From NCBI RefSeq assembly GCF_001194135.2, contig NC_069005.1:16543928-16579228 (forward strand): DNA of 35,301 bases. Reading direction: 5' to 3'. Shown here one piece after another: positions 22,729 to 33,846 of this stretch. The notes below the pieces were generated by a model. That model was given only the letters and a program-made list of their open reading frames with translations. It had not been told where the DNA came from and ran no database searches. Each line of letters opens with the position of its first letter. Position 1 is the first letter of the stretch. The stretch comes from Octopus bimaculoides (Eukaryota). Both the position numbers and the translations under genes were made by a program.

Positions 22729-23476
22729 GATTTTAAGGAGCAAAAGCATTTGGTTGCACATGTGGCTACATCTGCCATGTCCAACAATGCTATGTTGTTG
22801 ATTGTCATCAGATTTGAGTTGGCTTTGACACTGAAACCTTTTATCTCTTTTTTTACTTATTTCAGTCATTAGACAGCAGTCATGGTTCTGGTAGAATACA
22901 CTTGCCCAAGGTGTCATGCAGTGGGATTGAAGCTAGAACCATGTGGTTGGGAAGCAAAATTCTTAGCACACAGCTACACCTGTGCCTATATTGTTGACTA
23001 TTTGAACAAAATCAGGAGTAAAGTTGGTTAAATTGTTTTACTATTTTAGATGCAGGCTTTCTAACAACTTTTATTTTTGAGAATAACATTCATGTATATT
23101 CTACCATTTTTAGTGCCAATCAGCTGACTTTATGCTTTTTACTGTACTTTCCGAATGAAATATATGTACGAGTGAGCACACAGTAAGGTCTTACATCCTA
23201 CTAAGCATACACTTTTAACAGTTCTAAGAGATTTGAATGTCCATTAAATTTGCATTGTTACCAAATGCAGAAAGTGTTAACATTTTAAATCTTATAAGTT
23301 GACCGAACTAAATCTATCACCCTGCTATTTTTGTATTAGAAAGAAAACAAGTTTCTGAGATGAACTGAATGATATCAGTGTGATATGAATAACAATATCA
23401 ATGTGATAGCAATAATACAGATATCAGTGGGATAACAATGAAGATAGAAGTGGTATGACATTTCTGTATAACTTAC

Positions 23477-23563
23477 CCTGGATAATGTAATCATTACAAC
23501 TGTAACAAAGTGGGCAACCAAAATGAGAAATCGTGCAGGTATAACATAAGACAATCGATTCAT
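23477..23563 (-). CDS. TMEM107: TMEM107 coding exon 1 (MNRLSYVIPARFLILVAHFVTVVMITLSR)
   Basis: Resembles the vertebrate TMEM107 N-terminus as I recall it (MGRVSGLVPSRFLTLLAHLVVVITLFWSR). 87 nt, followed by an AGG|GTAAGT donor. An upstream acceptor (ttctttacttcatactgtttcag) places the exon start at 23581, giving 18 nt of 5'UTR. Confidence 0.93.
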
Positions 23564-23839
23564 GTTTGATTCTGGTAACAGCTGAAACAGTATGAAGTAA
23601 AGAATAGGGTCACTAACATCATCATCATCATCCTTAATATCATCAATATCTGTAACAAAGAGACACAGCTTATACTCCTATCAACATCTTTACAGATCAT
23701 TGACTAATCTCATATTTTCCTTCCTATTCATACATTTGTGTTGATTACTTAATCCATCCTTCTGTCTTCCTGTAACTCTTATAGAGGGGATTAAACAATT
23801 TTAGTTAATTTCTGGTACACAAAATCAGAAAAGTCTGTA

Positions 23840-23945
23840 GTGACGCCTTATAGCAGGTGACATTTCCGGAGTTTTTATCCACGCATGCGCAGGACTAGTT
23901 CCGGAAGGAATACAGGAAGAGTCTCATGCGCATGCGTAGTCATTG
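23840..23945. promoter_or_regulatory. CpG-enriched housekeeping-type promoter, possibly bidirectional
   Basis: Two NRF1-type motifs (acgcatgcgca at 23881, catgcgcatgcgt at about 23925), ETS-type CCGGA(A) sites at about 23866 and 23901, and a TGACG half-site. Lies about 300 bp upstream of the TMEM107 ATG in a CpG-rich patch within otherwise CpG-poor DNA. Confidence 0.7.
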
Positions 23946-24959
23946 ATATTCAAACGTTCCTGCTTCTTTCACCCACTTTGTTCGCTGGCCGTCGAAGAGC
24001 CTAGACGTCGCAGCAGCCTCTCTCCACAACCCAACTCTGGAGCTACACAAATAACCACGCAACTTCATTGACGGCGTCTCAGTAACCAAAGGGCGAAGTG
24101 CTGCCGAATTCCCTCCTAGTGTGAGCAGAATTCTATTGTAATAAATATTGTTGTGTTGATAGTTCAGAATCTGCGTTCCATTGTTTCTTCAAGAAATTTA
24201 ATGTACGGAAGCGGAGTACACCTAATGGTGTATAACCACTTCCCTACAATTGGTGACCCCGACGTGATTTTTTCAACTGTCCCTACAATTGGTGATCCCG
24301 ACATGATTCAGAAAAAGTCACCACACTTCCCTACAAGTCTATACTGCACTAATTTGCCATTTGGCATGGGATCATCATCCTCCTCATCATCATTTAATGC
24401 CTACTTTCCATGTTTGCATGGGTAAGGTGGTTCAAAAGGATCTGATGAACTAGAGAATTGTGCCATACTCCAATTTCTGCTCTAGTACTATTTTTATGGC
24501 TGGATGCCCTTCTTACTTCTAACCACTTTACAGAGTAATCTTTTTAAGATCAGTAGAATAAAAACAATTCCTCACTTGCAAAACAGGCAAGGATTGGCAA
24601 CAAGAAGGACATCTGGCTATAAAATACTGGCTCAGTTTTCATCAAACCCATGCTTAGATGGAAAAATGGGTCTTAAATAATTAAACTACCTTTTAACTGA
24701 ACTGAAGTTTAAGTGGTTGAGTATTATACAGACACATGTACTTCAAAATATTAGGATAATTAAATATGTTAAGACAAATGTTTGATCTCTGTTCATATTT
24801 GTATCTAACTACAGTGGCTTTCTAAATCATTGATATTTATTTCACAATACTTCAAGCATACAACACCATAATACATACATATGTACGTATGTATGTATGT
24901 ATGTATGTATGTATGTATGTATGCATGCATGTACGTACGTACGTATGTATGTATGATTT

Positions 24960-26559
24960 TTCTTTGAGTTTGTTTTAAGTTCTTGAGAGTTGAAGCAACA
25001 AAACTTTTTGAGTTGGAGAATTTTTGGAATGTCTTACAAGTCTTCACTGTGTCACTCATTGATTGGATTTGGAGAAATTGTGTCAGTTTCTTTTGCTATT
25101 TCTCTGTAAAACTGAGTATTTCTAGGTTTTTGTGTAAATTTGTTGGTATATAACCTAATGCACCCATGATGAGAGGTACAAATGAAAATTCAGAATCAGG
25201 GTACAAGAGCTGTAAGTTCCACATTGATTTGTCATAAATGTTTTCTTTTCATTGCACTTTGGATTATATGTTCACATCCGCTGGGTAGCTGACCTCTACA
25301 ACAGTGCATGACTTTTGTTCCTTGTCCCACAGATCAACTATGTTTGTATTGAATTGATGTTTTAATTGGGGTGTTCCACCAGTATTCCTTGTTTTTAAAG
25401 GTGTGAATACCAGTTGGTTCTTATATGTCTTTGATGTAAATGTCAGGGCAGTCCTTCCTATGGATAGCACTGTAAATAATCTTTGCAACTATATGATGCC
25501 TCAGGGGTAGGTAGTATCTCATAGACACTTTAGGACAGCTGCAGATGATGTGAGTGATATTTTCCACACTCGTATAGCAGAATTGACATCTTTTATCACA
25601 TGGAGATTTGGTGGTATCTTTGTCCCTCTTCTTTATCAGGTATTTAGTAGCTGTCTCCTGTTCCTACATAGCAAAGGTATATTCTTCTAGATGAGATGTA
25701 ATGTATCTACTGCAGCTCCAGGAGAGGCTACTCTTCCTGTCAATGCTGTTGTCACCCTCTAGCTTATGGAATATGTCCTCATGCATTGCTTTTCGTAGGT
25801 ATGATGCCTGCTTCTCCTCCAAGCTTCTGTTTAGGCAGGCCAGTCCAGCCTTCTTTGGGTTGCATGAGACAGTTGTATTCTCAGAGTACCTGCACAGTAG
25901 TTCTCCAATTCTGAAGATGTTGTTGCTCTCACTTTTAAGTATGCATGGAATGCATTTCTTTCTTTACTATTCAGCAGGTGTTGTCTGAGTGATACAATAT
26001 GACATTCAAAGGCTGTTTAGACTGACCTTATGCCTCTATCACTATCGCTACATTTCACGTAAATCCTATTAGTGTCACTGTTAATGTGAAAGTTGCCAGT
26101 GGTGGTTAGTATTTTTCTGGTTTTGATGACCAGGCTGTATATTTCACTGAGTGTTCAGTCTAATATCTCAAAAGTTGGTAATAGCACTAGTACTACAAAA
26201 GCATTGTGAGACATGATCCTCTTAAAGGCGGACAGTTCTGAATTCCATATTTTCCAGAGTCTACAGAAGTAGACTCTTGCAATTCTGGCTTTAGCCACAA
26301 CACCAATGTATGCAATATTCTCATCAATTCCAAGGTGCTTGAAGCTTTCATCATTTGAGATAGGGGAGATAGACAAGCCATTGATGTGCATATTCTCTGC
26401 CTGGTTGGCTATCATGTATGAGCACTTATCTTGCCCAAATTCCATTCCTGTATGTTGTGAGAATGCTGTAACTAGCTCTAATTGTCTCTTGATGTTTCTC
26501 ATATTACCAGAATATAACTTTAGGTCATCAACAAAAAATGTGTGGGTGACATTAATGTT

Positions 26560-26560
<1 letters not shown>
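24960..26560 (-). mobile_element. R4/Dong-like RLE retrotransposon remnant (RT through C-terminus)
   Basis: HTFFVDDLKLY, GMEFGQDKC and KHLGIDENI (RT and thumb); DLWDKEQKSCTVVEVSYPADVNI (RLE); C-terminal IMGALGYIP..TVKTCKTF. Confidence 0.8.
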
Positions 26561-26600
<40 letters not shown>

Positions 26601-27029
26601 GTAAGGATGGATGCATGCATACATGTATGCATCACAAGAGACACAAAGCTCACTGTGTATGTAGCTAAACTTTTTTATATACAGAATAGAAAAACCTCTG
26701 ACACATTCAACCTGGATCTGAAGTTTCAAACTGTTTAGTTAAAAAAAGTTAATTAAAAAAGTCTGTGACTGAGATTCACAAGATCCGTGAAACTACTCTC
26801 GTATAACACTGGATATCAGCCATAATATGTACCGAGTTCCCATAACATTTTCTATTTATTTCATACGAAAATCTGAATAAATTACGCTAGTCAAGGGAAT
26901 CCCAATATTTGGTATATGGATACTTGCTGTCTTTTATTCTTTCAACTTTTCTTTAACTTTAGCTGCTTCATCATTCAGTGAAGAATAATGTCTTAACCAC
27001 AGGATAGCTCTGACTATAATGGATATGTG

Positions 27030-27632
27030 AGAAAAGGCATTCCAGCCATGGCCATTTTGTCTCATTCTTTTCCAGAAGTAATGAATTCCTAAGCGAACAT
27101 TATAAAATAATATAAATTTGGTTTTTTTTTTTTCTTGAAGACGGAAATGTCATTTTTTTTTTTTGTCAGGAAGATTTGGTTGCTCTTTCTAGCAACTCGA
27201 GTGACCAAGTAAAGACTTTCTCTCTCGTTGCCTCGTCTCTTCCCTTCATCACCTGTTGTTTAGTCCCGAGTTGGATCTGATTGAACAGATATGATCAAAG
27301 ACGTCCCAGCTGTGACCATTCCGTCTTTCTTCACAGACATAATAGACTACGTGCATATCACAGAATAGATAGTTTGGCTACTTTTTCTAGCAGGTCATGC
27401 AACCACATAGAGGCTCCATCGTTGGTCTGTCTCAGTAATAATTTTGTTGTTATTTAGCCCTGATACAGCAAACCTATCATCAAAGACATTCCAGCCTTCA
27501 GCAAACCATCTTTTTAGGGATAATCTAGGACATTACGTACAATGGGCATGTGATTAAGGTGGGGGGATACTTTGGCTGCTATTTTTAGCGTATCGAGCGA
27601 CCAGGTAGAGACTCATTCATTGGTTCGATTGC
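27030..27632 (+). repeat. Three degenerate copies of an approx. 200-bp repeat unit
   Basis: Each has an opening g(g/a)cattccagc-like motif and a ttgg(c/t)t(g/a)ct..ttctagc..gagcgacca.gtagag.ct-like block. Confidence 0.5.
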
Positions 27633-27803
27633 TTGATGAGATTTCTTTTACAAATATATGTATATATATCATCGGCAGAAGTTAGAGAGTAAGTCAAAAG
27701 TTGAGAGTTTCATGTATTGACACTTATCAAACACGAATTTGGCCATTGCCATTCGGTAACTTCTGCCTATTATTAATGTGTGTATGTGTGTGTGTGTGTG
27801 TAT

Positions 27804-27864
<61 letters not shown>

Positions 27865-28474
27865 NNNNNNNNNNNNNNNNNNNNNNNNNNNNNNNNNNNN
27901 NNNNNNNNNNNNNNNNNNNNNNNNNNNNNNNNNNNNNNNNNNNNNNNNNNNNNNNNNNNNNNNNNNNNNNNNNNNNNNNNNNNNNNNNNNNNNNNNNNNN
28001 NNNNNNNNNNNNNNNNNNNNNNNNNNNNNNNNNNNNNNNNNNNNNNNNNNNNNNNNNNNNNNNNNNNNNNNNNNNNNNNNNNNNNNNNNNNNNNNNNNNN
28101 NNNNNNNNNNNNNNNNNNNNNNNNNNNNNNNNNNNNNNNNNNNNNNNNNNNNNNNNNNNNNNNNNNNNNNNNNNNNNNNNNNNNNNNNNNNNNNNNNNNN
28201 NNNNNNNNNNNNNNNNNNNNNNNNNNNNNNNNNNNNNNNNNNNNNNNNNNNNNNNNNNNNNNNNNNNNNNNNNNNNNNNNNNNNNNNNNNNNNNNNNNNN
28301 NNNNNNNNNNNNNNNNNNNNNNNNNNNNNNNNNNNNNNNNNNNNNNNNNNNNNNNNNNNNNNNNNNNNNNNNNNNNNNNNNNNNNNNNNNNNNNNNNNNN
28401 NNNNNNNNNNNNNNNNNNNNNNNNNNNNNNNNNNNNGTGAGATGGTTCTACCACCACGCACGCTACAGTACATG

Positions 28475-29130
28475 TTTTTTTGTTTTTTTACTTGTTTCAG
28501 TCATTAGACTGTGGCCATGTTGGAGCACTGCCTTGAAGAATTCTTTTTTAAGTTGAATGAATCAATCCCAGAACTTACTTTTTTTTTTAAGCCTGGCACT
28601 TATTCCATCAATCTCTTTTACTGAACTGGGTGATAGGAGCTCGTTCAACAAAACATCCTATATCACATGGCTTCAGTCTAATGACTGAAACAAATAAAAG
28701 ATAAGAATTAACATATCTCATTTTTTTCTTTTACTTGTTTCAGTCATTTGACTGTAGCCATGCTGGAGCACCACCTTGAAAGGTTTTAGTTGAACAAATC
28801 AACCCCAGGACTTGTTTTGGTTTTAAACCTAGTATTTATTCTACTGGTCTCTTTTGCCAAACTATTATGTTACGGAGACATAAACACACCAACCCAGTTG
28901 TCAAGTGGTGGTGGGGGACAAACACAGACTCAAACACACACACACACACACACACACATACACACATACACACACAATGGGCTTCTTTCAGTTTCTGTCT
29001 ACCAAATCCACTCGCAAGACTTTGATCAACCCAAAGCTATAGAAGAAGACACTTGCCCAAGATGCCATGCAGTGCAACTGAACCTGGAACCATGTGGTTG
29101 GAAAGCAAGCTTCTTACCACACAGCCACGC
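28475..29130 (-). mobile_element. tRNA-SINE copies and fragments (same family as 5621-6068)
   Basis: tttacttgtttcagtcatttgact..ccatgctggagcacc tails and a gaacctggaaccatgtggttgg..ccacacagcca head. Confidence 0.75.
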
Positions 29131-29399
29131 TTATGTTACATCTATTGATGTTTTTGCAGAATGAACGCTGGGCTGAAGACCACCTGCATGCACATGATCG
29201 TGCAATGTTCAGTAAAGGGATAGCACTCTTCTGACAAGAAGTAGCAATCAGCATGTATGTATGTACATTTTTTGGTGTATGTATGTATATAGGTTGTTTA
29301 ACTTGATAATAAATTTGACAATACTCTAAGGTCTGAGTCACCTCATCAGTGTTTCTTTGATGTTCTTAAACTTGATTTAAAATAACCTAAATTTAACAT

Positions 29400-29935
29400 T
29401 TATCTATCTATGAAGGTCATCCCTCAGGATGCCCCAAGACTGTTTCCACATGTTTTCCCCATTCATCTCAATCTTCCATAATGGTCCTCAGCTCCTGAAC
29501 CTCTTCCATACCAGCATCTTCCAGCAAGTTGTTGATATAGGTCGTCTTCCTCCTTCCTCTGCTGGTTCTTCCTTCCGTTGGTTGCCAGAGCACTAACTTG
29601 TAAGAAATTTCATTGGTATGTCCAATGCAGTGTCCAGCTAGCCTCATCCTTCTATGCTGTATCTTCAATGCTACTTTTGATAGTCCCTGATATAAGTCGG
29701 CATTTGTTGCTTGACTCTTCCAGGAGACATTGAATGCCATTCTAAGCATCCTCATATAAAACCATCCAACTGCTTCTCCAATGCTTTAGTGAGCATCCAT
29801 GTTTCAGCCCCTCATAGAAGAACAGACTCCACTGTTACCAGAAACAGCCTCACTTTCAATTTCCTTGCTCACTTTGAACTCCATACCTTTCTCAATTTAT
29901 AGCATGCACTCCAGGCAAGAGCTTTCCTTGCTACG
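29400..29935 (-). mobile_element. LINE 3' fragment of a second RTE-like family
   Basis: RMLRMAFNVSWK..RRMRLAGHC..LVLWQPTEGRTSRGRRKTTYINNL. Confidence 0.75.
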
Positions 29936-30301
29936 ATATCTTTTATATATATCTGTATAGTTACTTCAAAATCTGTAGTCAAAGATCATGTTATTTCTAG
30001 TATGTTTAAATTTTTAACCTTACACATATTTCAGCTATATCTAACCCAAAATTCAAGGAACTATCATGACACTGATATTCATATGCATATGAGAAGTAAT
30101 ATTAAATACATTTTAAGATTTCATTAAAAATTATATACATCCATATTAAACATGTATGAATGTTTCAAAACATATGACATGGTTGTTGTATTCTACATCC
30201 ACAAAAGTTATGTACTGTGGAGTAGAATCAAACTGCTTTTAAATGCATGTAATTTCCTCCAACAAAATGTATTGACTACAACTTTTGTTTGTACATCACT
30301 C

Positions 30302-30343
<42 letters not shown>

Positions 30344-30615
30344 NNNNNNNNNNNNNNNNNNNNNNNNNNNNNNNNNNNNNNNNNNNNNNNNNNNNNNNNN
30401 NNNNNNNNNNNNNNNNNNNNNNNNNNNNNNNNNNNNNNNNNNNNNNNNNNNNNNNNNNNNNNNNNNNNNNNNNNNNNNNNNNNNNNNNNNNNNNNNNNNN
30501 NNNNNNNNNNNNNNNNNNNNNNNNNNNNNNNNNNNNNNNNNNNNNNNNNNNNNNNNNNNNNNNNNNNNNNNNNNNNNNNNNNNNNNNNNNNNNNNNNNNN
30601 NNNNNNNNNNNNNNN

Positions 30616-31828
30616 NTAAATAGACACCCTTATAACCATTAAAATTTATTTAAATCTGAAATTATGCATTGAAACTATTTATTATTATAATGGAAATATC
30701 TAGTATTTACTAGACATGCCCTTTGCATTTTTCAATGCAAGGACCCTATTAGGCATGCTACTGATCAAATGACAAACATTCTTTGAGGAATTTCTTGCCA
30801 AATTTCATGGAGTAATCTCAAAAGATCTGGCTTTGAGGATGCTTTCTTTTTCTTTTTCTTTTTCTTTTTCTGAAATCCCAGCATGCCAGCATGGAAGGCA
30901 GATGTTAAACGATGATGATGATGATGAAGTGTTCTGTCCATTATGCCCCAGAAGTGTTCAATAGAGTTCATATCTGGTGACTGGTTTAGCCATGGAACCT
31001 TTTTAATGCCATTCTCTTTCAACCAAAAGACCCAAGATTGGGTCTTTTTAGCCATGTGACAAGGAACCACGTCTTCCATAAATAAAGAGTCTTCTTTAAT
31101 CATTTCACCACTGGAGAAGATTGGAGGGAGTCCTTTCTGCAACATGAACACATATTTATCTAAGTTTATGCTTCCCTCACACACCACCAGCTCTGATTGA
31201 CCATTGCTCCAAACTGCTCCCCAGACATCACAGACTAGCTGTTGTGTTTCATTGTTGGCTGCAATCTTTACATGTCAAATTCTTGATCACAGTGTCTCCA
31301 GACCCACATTCAACCACTGCCAGAAAATAGAGCAAATCTGGACTCATCAGAGAATATGACAGTGTCTAATAGGCTAGTGGCTTTTCCACCATCTCACTGG
31401 CGCAATCTTTTCTCCACTTGATATTGGCTGGGCAAAGAAGCGGCCTCCTTCTTGCTGCTCTGCCATAGTAACTACTCTGGCACTGACATCAACTTGTTCT
31501 ATGTCAGAGGCCTTGCAATGAGGATTATCCTCTTAACGAAGAGTCCTGTCAGAAGGCTCTGGTCAACCTGGATGAATTGCACAACTACTCTTTTAACTGT
31601 AGAAAGTGGGATCCTGAGGTTTACTGCGATTTTACACTAAGTCCACCTTTAGATTGACCTACAATTCAGCCTCTTTGAAATTTGGACAGTTCCAAGGCTT
31701 TTGTATATGGCATGATTAAGCAGTCACATTTAGAACTTGAAACATAAAAATGTCAATTAATAAAAAAAAAAATAAGCCTTTTCAAGATAAAATAAACATA
31801 AGACAATGTTTTATGAGGTGTCTATTTA
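30616..31828 (-). mobile_element. Decayed Tc1-like (DD34E-type) transposon with TIRs and a small nested tail insertion
   Basis: VIFSDESRF, LFMEDVVPCH and WLNQSPDMNSIEHFW motifs. Ends taaatagacacccttataa and ttttatgaggtgtctattta. Insert cagcatggaaggcagatgttaaac(gat)n at about 30878-30927. Confidence 0.82.
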
Positions 31829-32436
31829 CTTCTGTCATGTGTGTGTGTGTGTAATGGCTCCAAGGAAGCTAAAGGCTGTTGCACTGACATAAACACACTG
31901 TTTCTAATACCAGAAACAGCTATAAGCTAATGAAATTGATTACATAATCCCAGTTCCCTTGACATTTATCAATGAATATTTAACTCTAAACTCATCTAAC
32001 GCTTTGCTCTAAAGTATACGTATATTGAGTTCTAACAAATGGTTATTAGTATTGCTGTGCCTAAGCTAAATCATAATTCACACACACAGATTAATATCTG
32101 TATTTACAAAGTGGATGAAATGTACTCTGTTCAAAAGGCTACATACATGCTATTTGAATTCTTCACTTATATAGCTTTGGTTACATGCTTATCTGAATTC
32201 ATTATATGAATGTATGCATGCCTCAATGTGTGTGTGTCGTGTGTGCGTTTATGTAGATAGATAGATAGATGGATAGATAGATAGATAGATAGACTGATTG
32301 ATTGATTGAGAGATAGGCATACATACATACATACATACATATTTTGATGTATTTTGATCGACTAATCTCACTCCCCTCTGATTTGCAGAACTTGTGTTAA
32401 AATTAGAAAGAACTATTATTATTGTTACTGTTGTCA

Positions 32437-32655
32437 AGGCGGCGAGCTGGCGGAGTCGTTAGCACGTTGAGCGAAATGCTTAGCAGTATTTTGCCCGTCG
32501 CTACGTTCTGAGTTCAAATTCCGTCGAAGTCAACTTTGCCTTTCATCCCTTCTGGGTTGGTAAAATAAGTACCAGTCGAGTACTGGGGTTTATGTAATCG
32601 ACTATCCCCCTCCCCCAAATTTCAGGTCTTGCGCCTATAGTAGAGAAGATTATTA
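32437..32655 (+). mobile_element. tRNA-derived SINE (third family)
   Basis: ggcggcgagctggcggagtcgttagc..gagttcaaattcc..tttgcctttcatcc..caggtcttgcgcctatagtagag, with an (ATT/GTT)n tail. Confidence 0.8.
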
Positions 32656-32875
32656 TTGTTGTTGTTGTTATTTAATCGATGGAATTTACAAAGAGGCTCA
32701 AATACCGAATGTTTTCGTGGTTGACACAAACGAGTTTGATGCGTATATCTTATAATTTTTGCTGATTGAAAATAATAAAACATATATATGTATATATATA
32801 TATATATAGCCATGCTTTAGCTCGTCTGTTACACCGAACCTGTGTGTATGTGTGTGTGTGTGTGTGCGTGCGTGC

Positions 32876-32914
<39 letters not shown>

Positions 32915-33017
32915 CATACAAAGAGAGAGAACGGTAATTACCAGTCTTAGCAGAAGCTAACATAAAACAACAATAAATGCGTTCAAATTCCAAAGAATGT
33001 CGACAGCAGAGATACGC

Positions 33018-33031
33018 GTTGCCAAGGAGAC
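33018..33031. promoter_or_regulatory. Candidate RFX X-box (GTTGCCAAGGAGAC)
   Basis: Fits RYYRYY-WW-RRNRAC in non-repetitive-looking, CpG-containing sequence; TATAAAAG follows about 40 bp later. Confidence 0.4.
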
Positions 33032-33461
33032 AGCTACCGCTGAAAACAATGGATTCCGCCAAGAAATATATGTATAAAAGAGCTTCATACAAGGGAGACT
33101 ACTCTGAACGCCTTTCTATGATCGTTGGCCCTGCTAGAAGTGGCTGCCAGATTTTCAATTTACAACCTACTTGTTAGGAAATGAAAGAATGCATCCGATA
33201 ATGAATGCTTCATTCCCCACTAATTGACGGAACGGTCATGACTTGAAATGGTTTTCATCATAGGTCTCCTAAACAAATAGTCTCCAGATTATCATTATTA
33301 TTGCCTTTGCACAGTTTCTAACGCTGGAGATGTACTACTGTCAGCTGTTCGCTACCAGTGAACTAAGGTAACACCTCTTATTTTTCGAGCACCTTCCGGA
33401 GTATTCGAGCGGTTCCAAGCAGTGCTGTTTTCTGCAAGTGCTCCACCCTTATTGCAGCCCC

Positions 33462-33509
<48 letters not shown>

Positions 33510-33511
<2 letters not shown>

Positions 33512-33846
33512 GCGGTATTTCGCCCGTCGCTACGTTGTGAGTTCAAATTCCGCTGATGTAGACTTTGCCTTTCATCCTTTCGGGGTCGATAAATTAAGTA
33601 TTTTTTGAGTACTGGGGTTAATGCAATCGACTAGCCCCTTCCCTCAAAATTTCAGGCCTTGTGCCTATAGCAGAAAGGATTAGTATTATTACTATTAAGG
33701 CGGTGAGCTGGAAGAATCGTTAGCGCGCTGCACGAAATGCTTAGCGGTATTTCGCCCGTCGCTACGTTGTGAGTTCAAATTCCGCTGATGTAGACTTTGC
33801 CTTTCATCCTTTCGGGGTCGATAAATTAAGTATTTTTTGAGTACTG
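33510..33846 (+). mobile_element. Two tandem copies of the same SINE family
   Basis: Bodies at 33511-33680 (headless) and 33699-33846 (with head, running into a gap) share identical private variants. Confidence 0.8.

Noticed and set aside
26964-27025. Possible plus-strand exon after ttttctttaactttag
   Set aside because: Splice-like signals only; no coding homology or linked exons.
27669-28556. Long ORFs in the supplied track spanning N runs (also 16941-17705 and 30152-30642)
   Set aside because: Artefacts of gaps and dinucleotide microsatellites.
33315-33367. Exon-like segment (cacag|..ctaag|gtaaca) on plus
   Set aside because: No recognisable protein in any frame, and it appears to be part of an interspersed repeat; not supportable as an exon.
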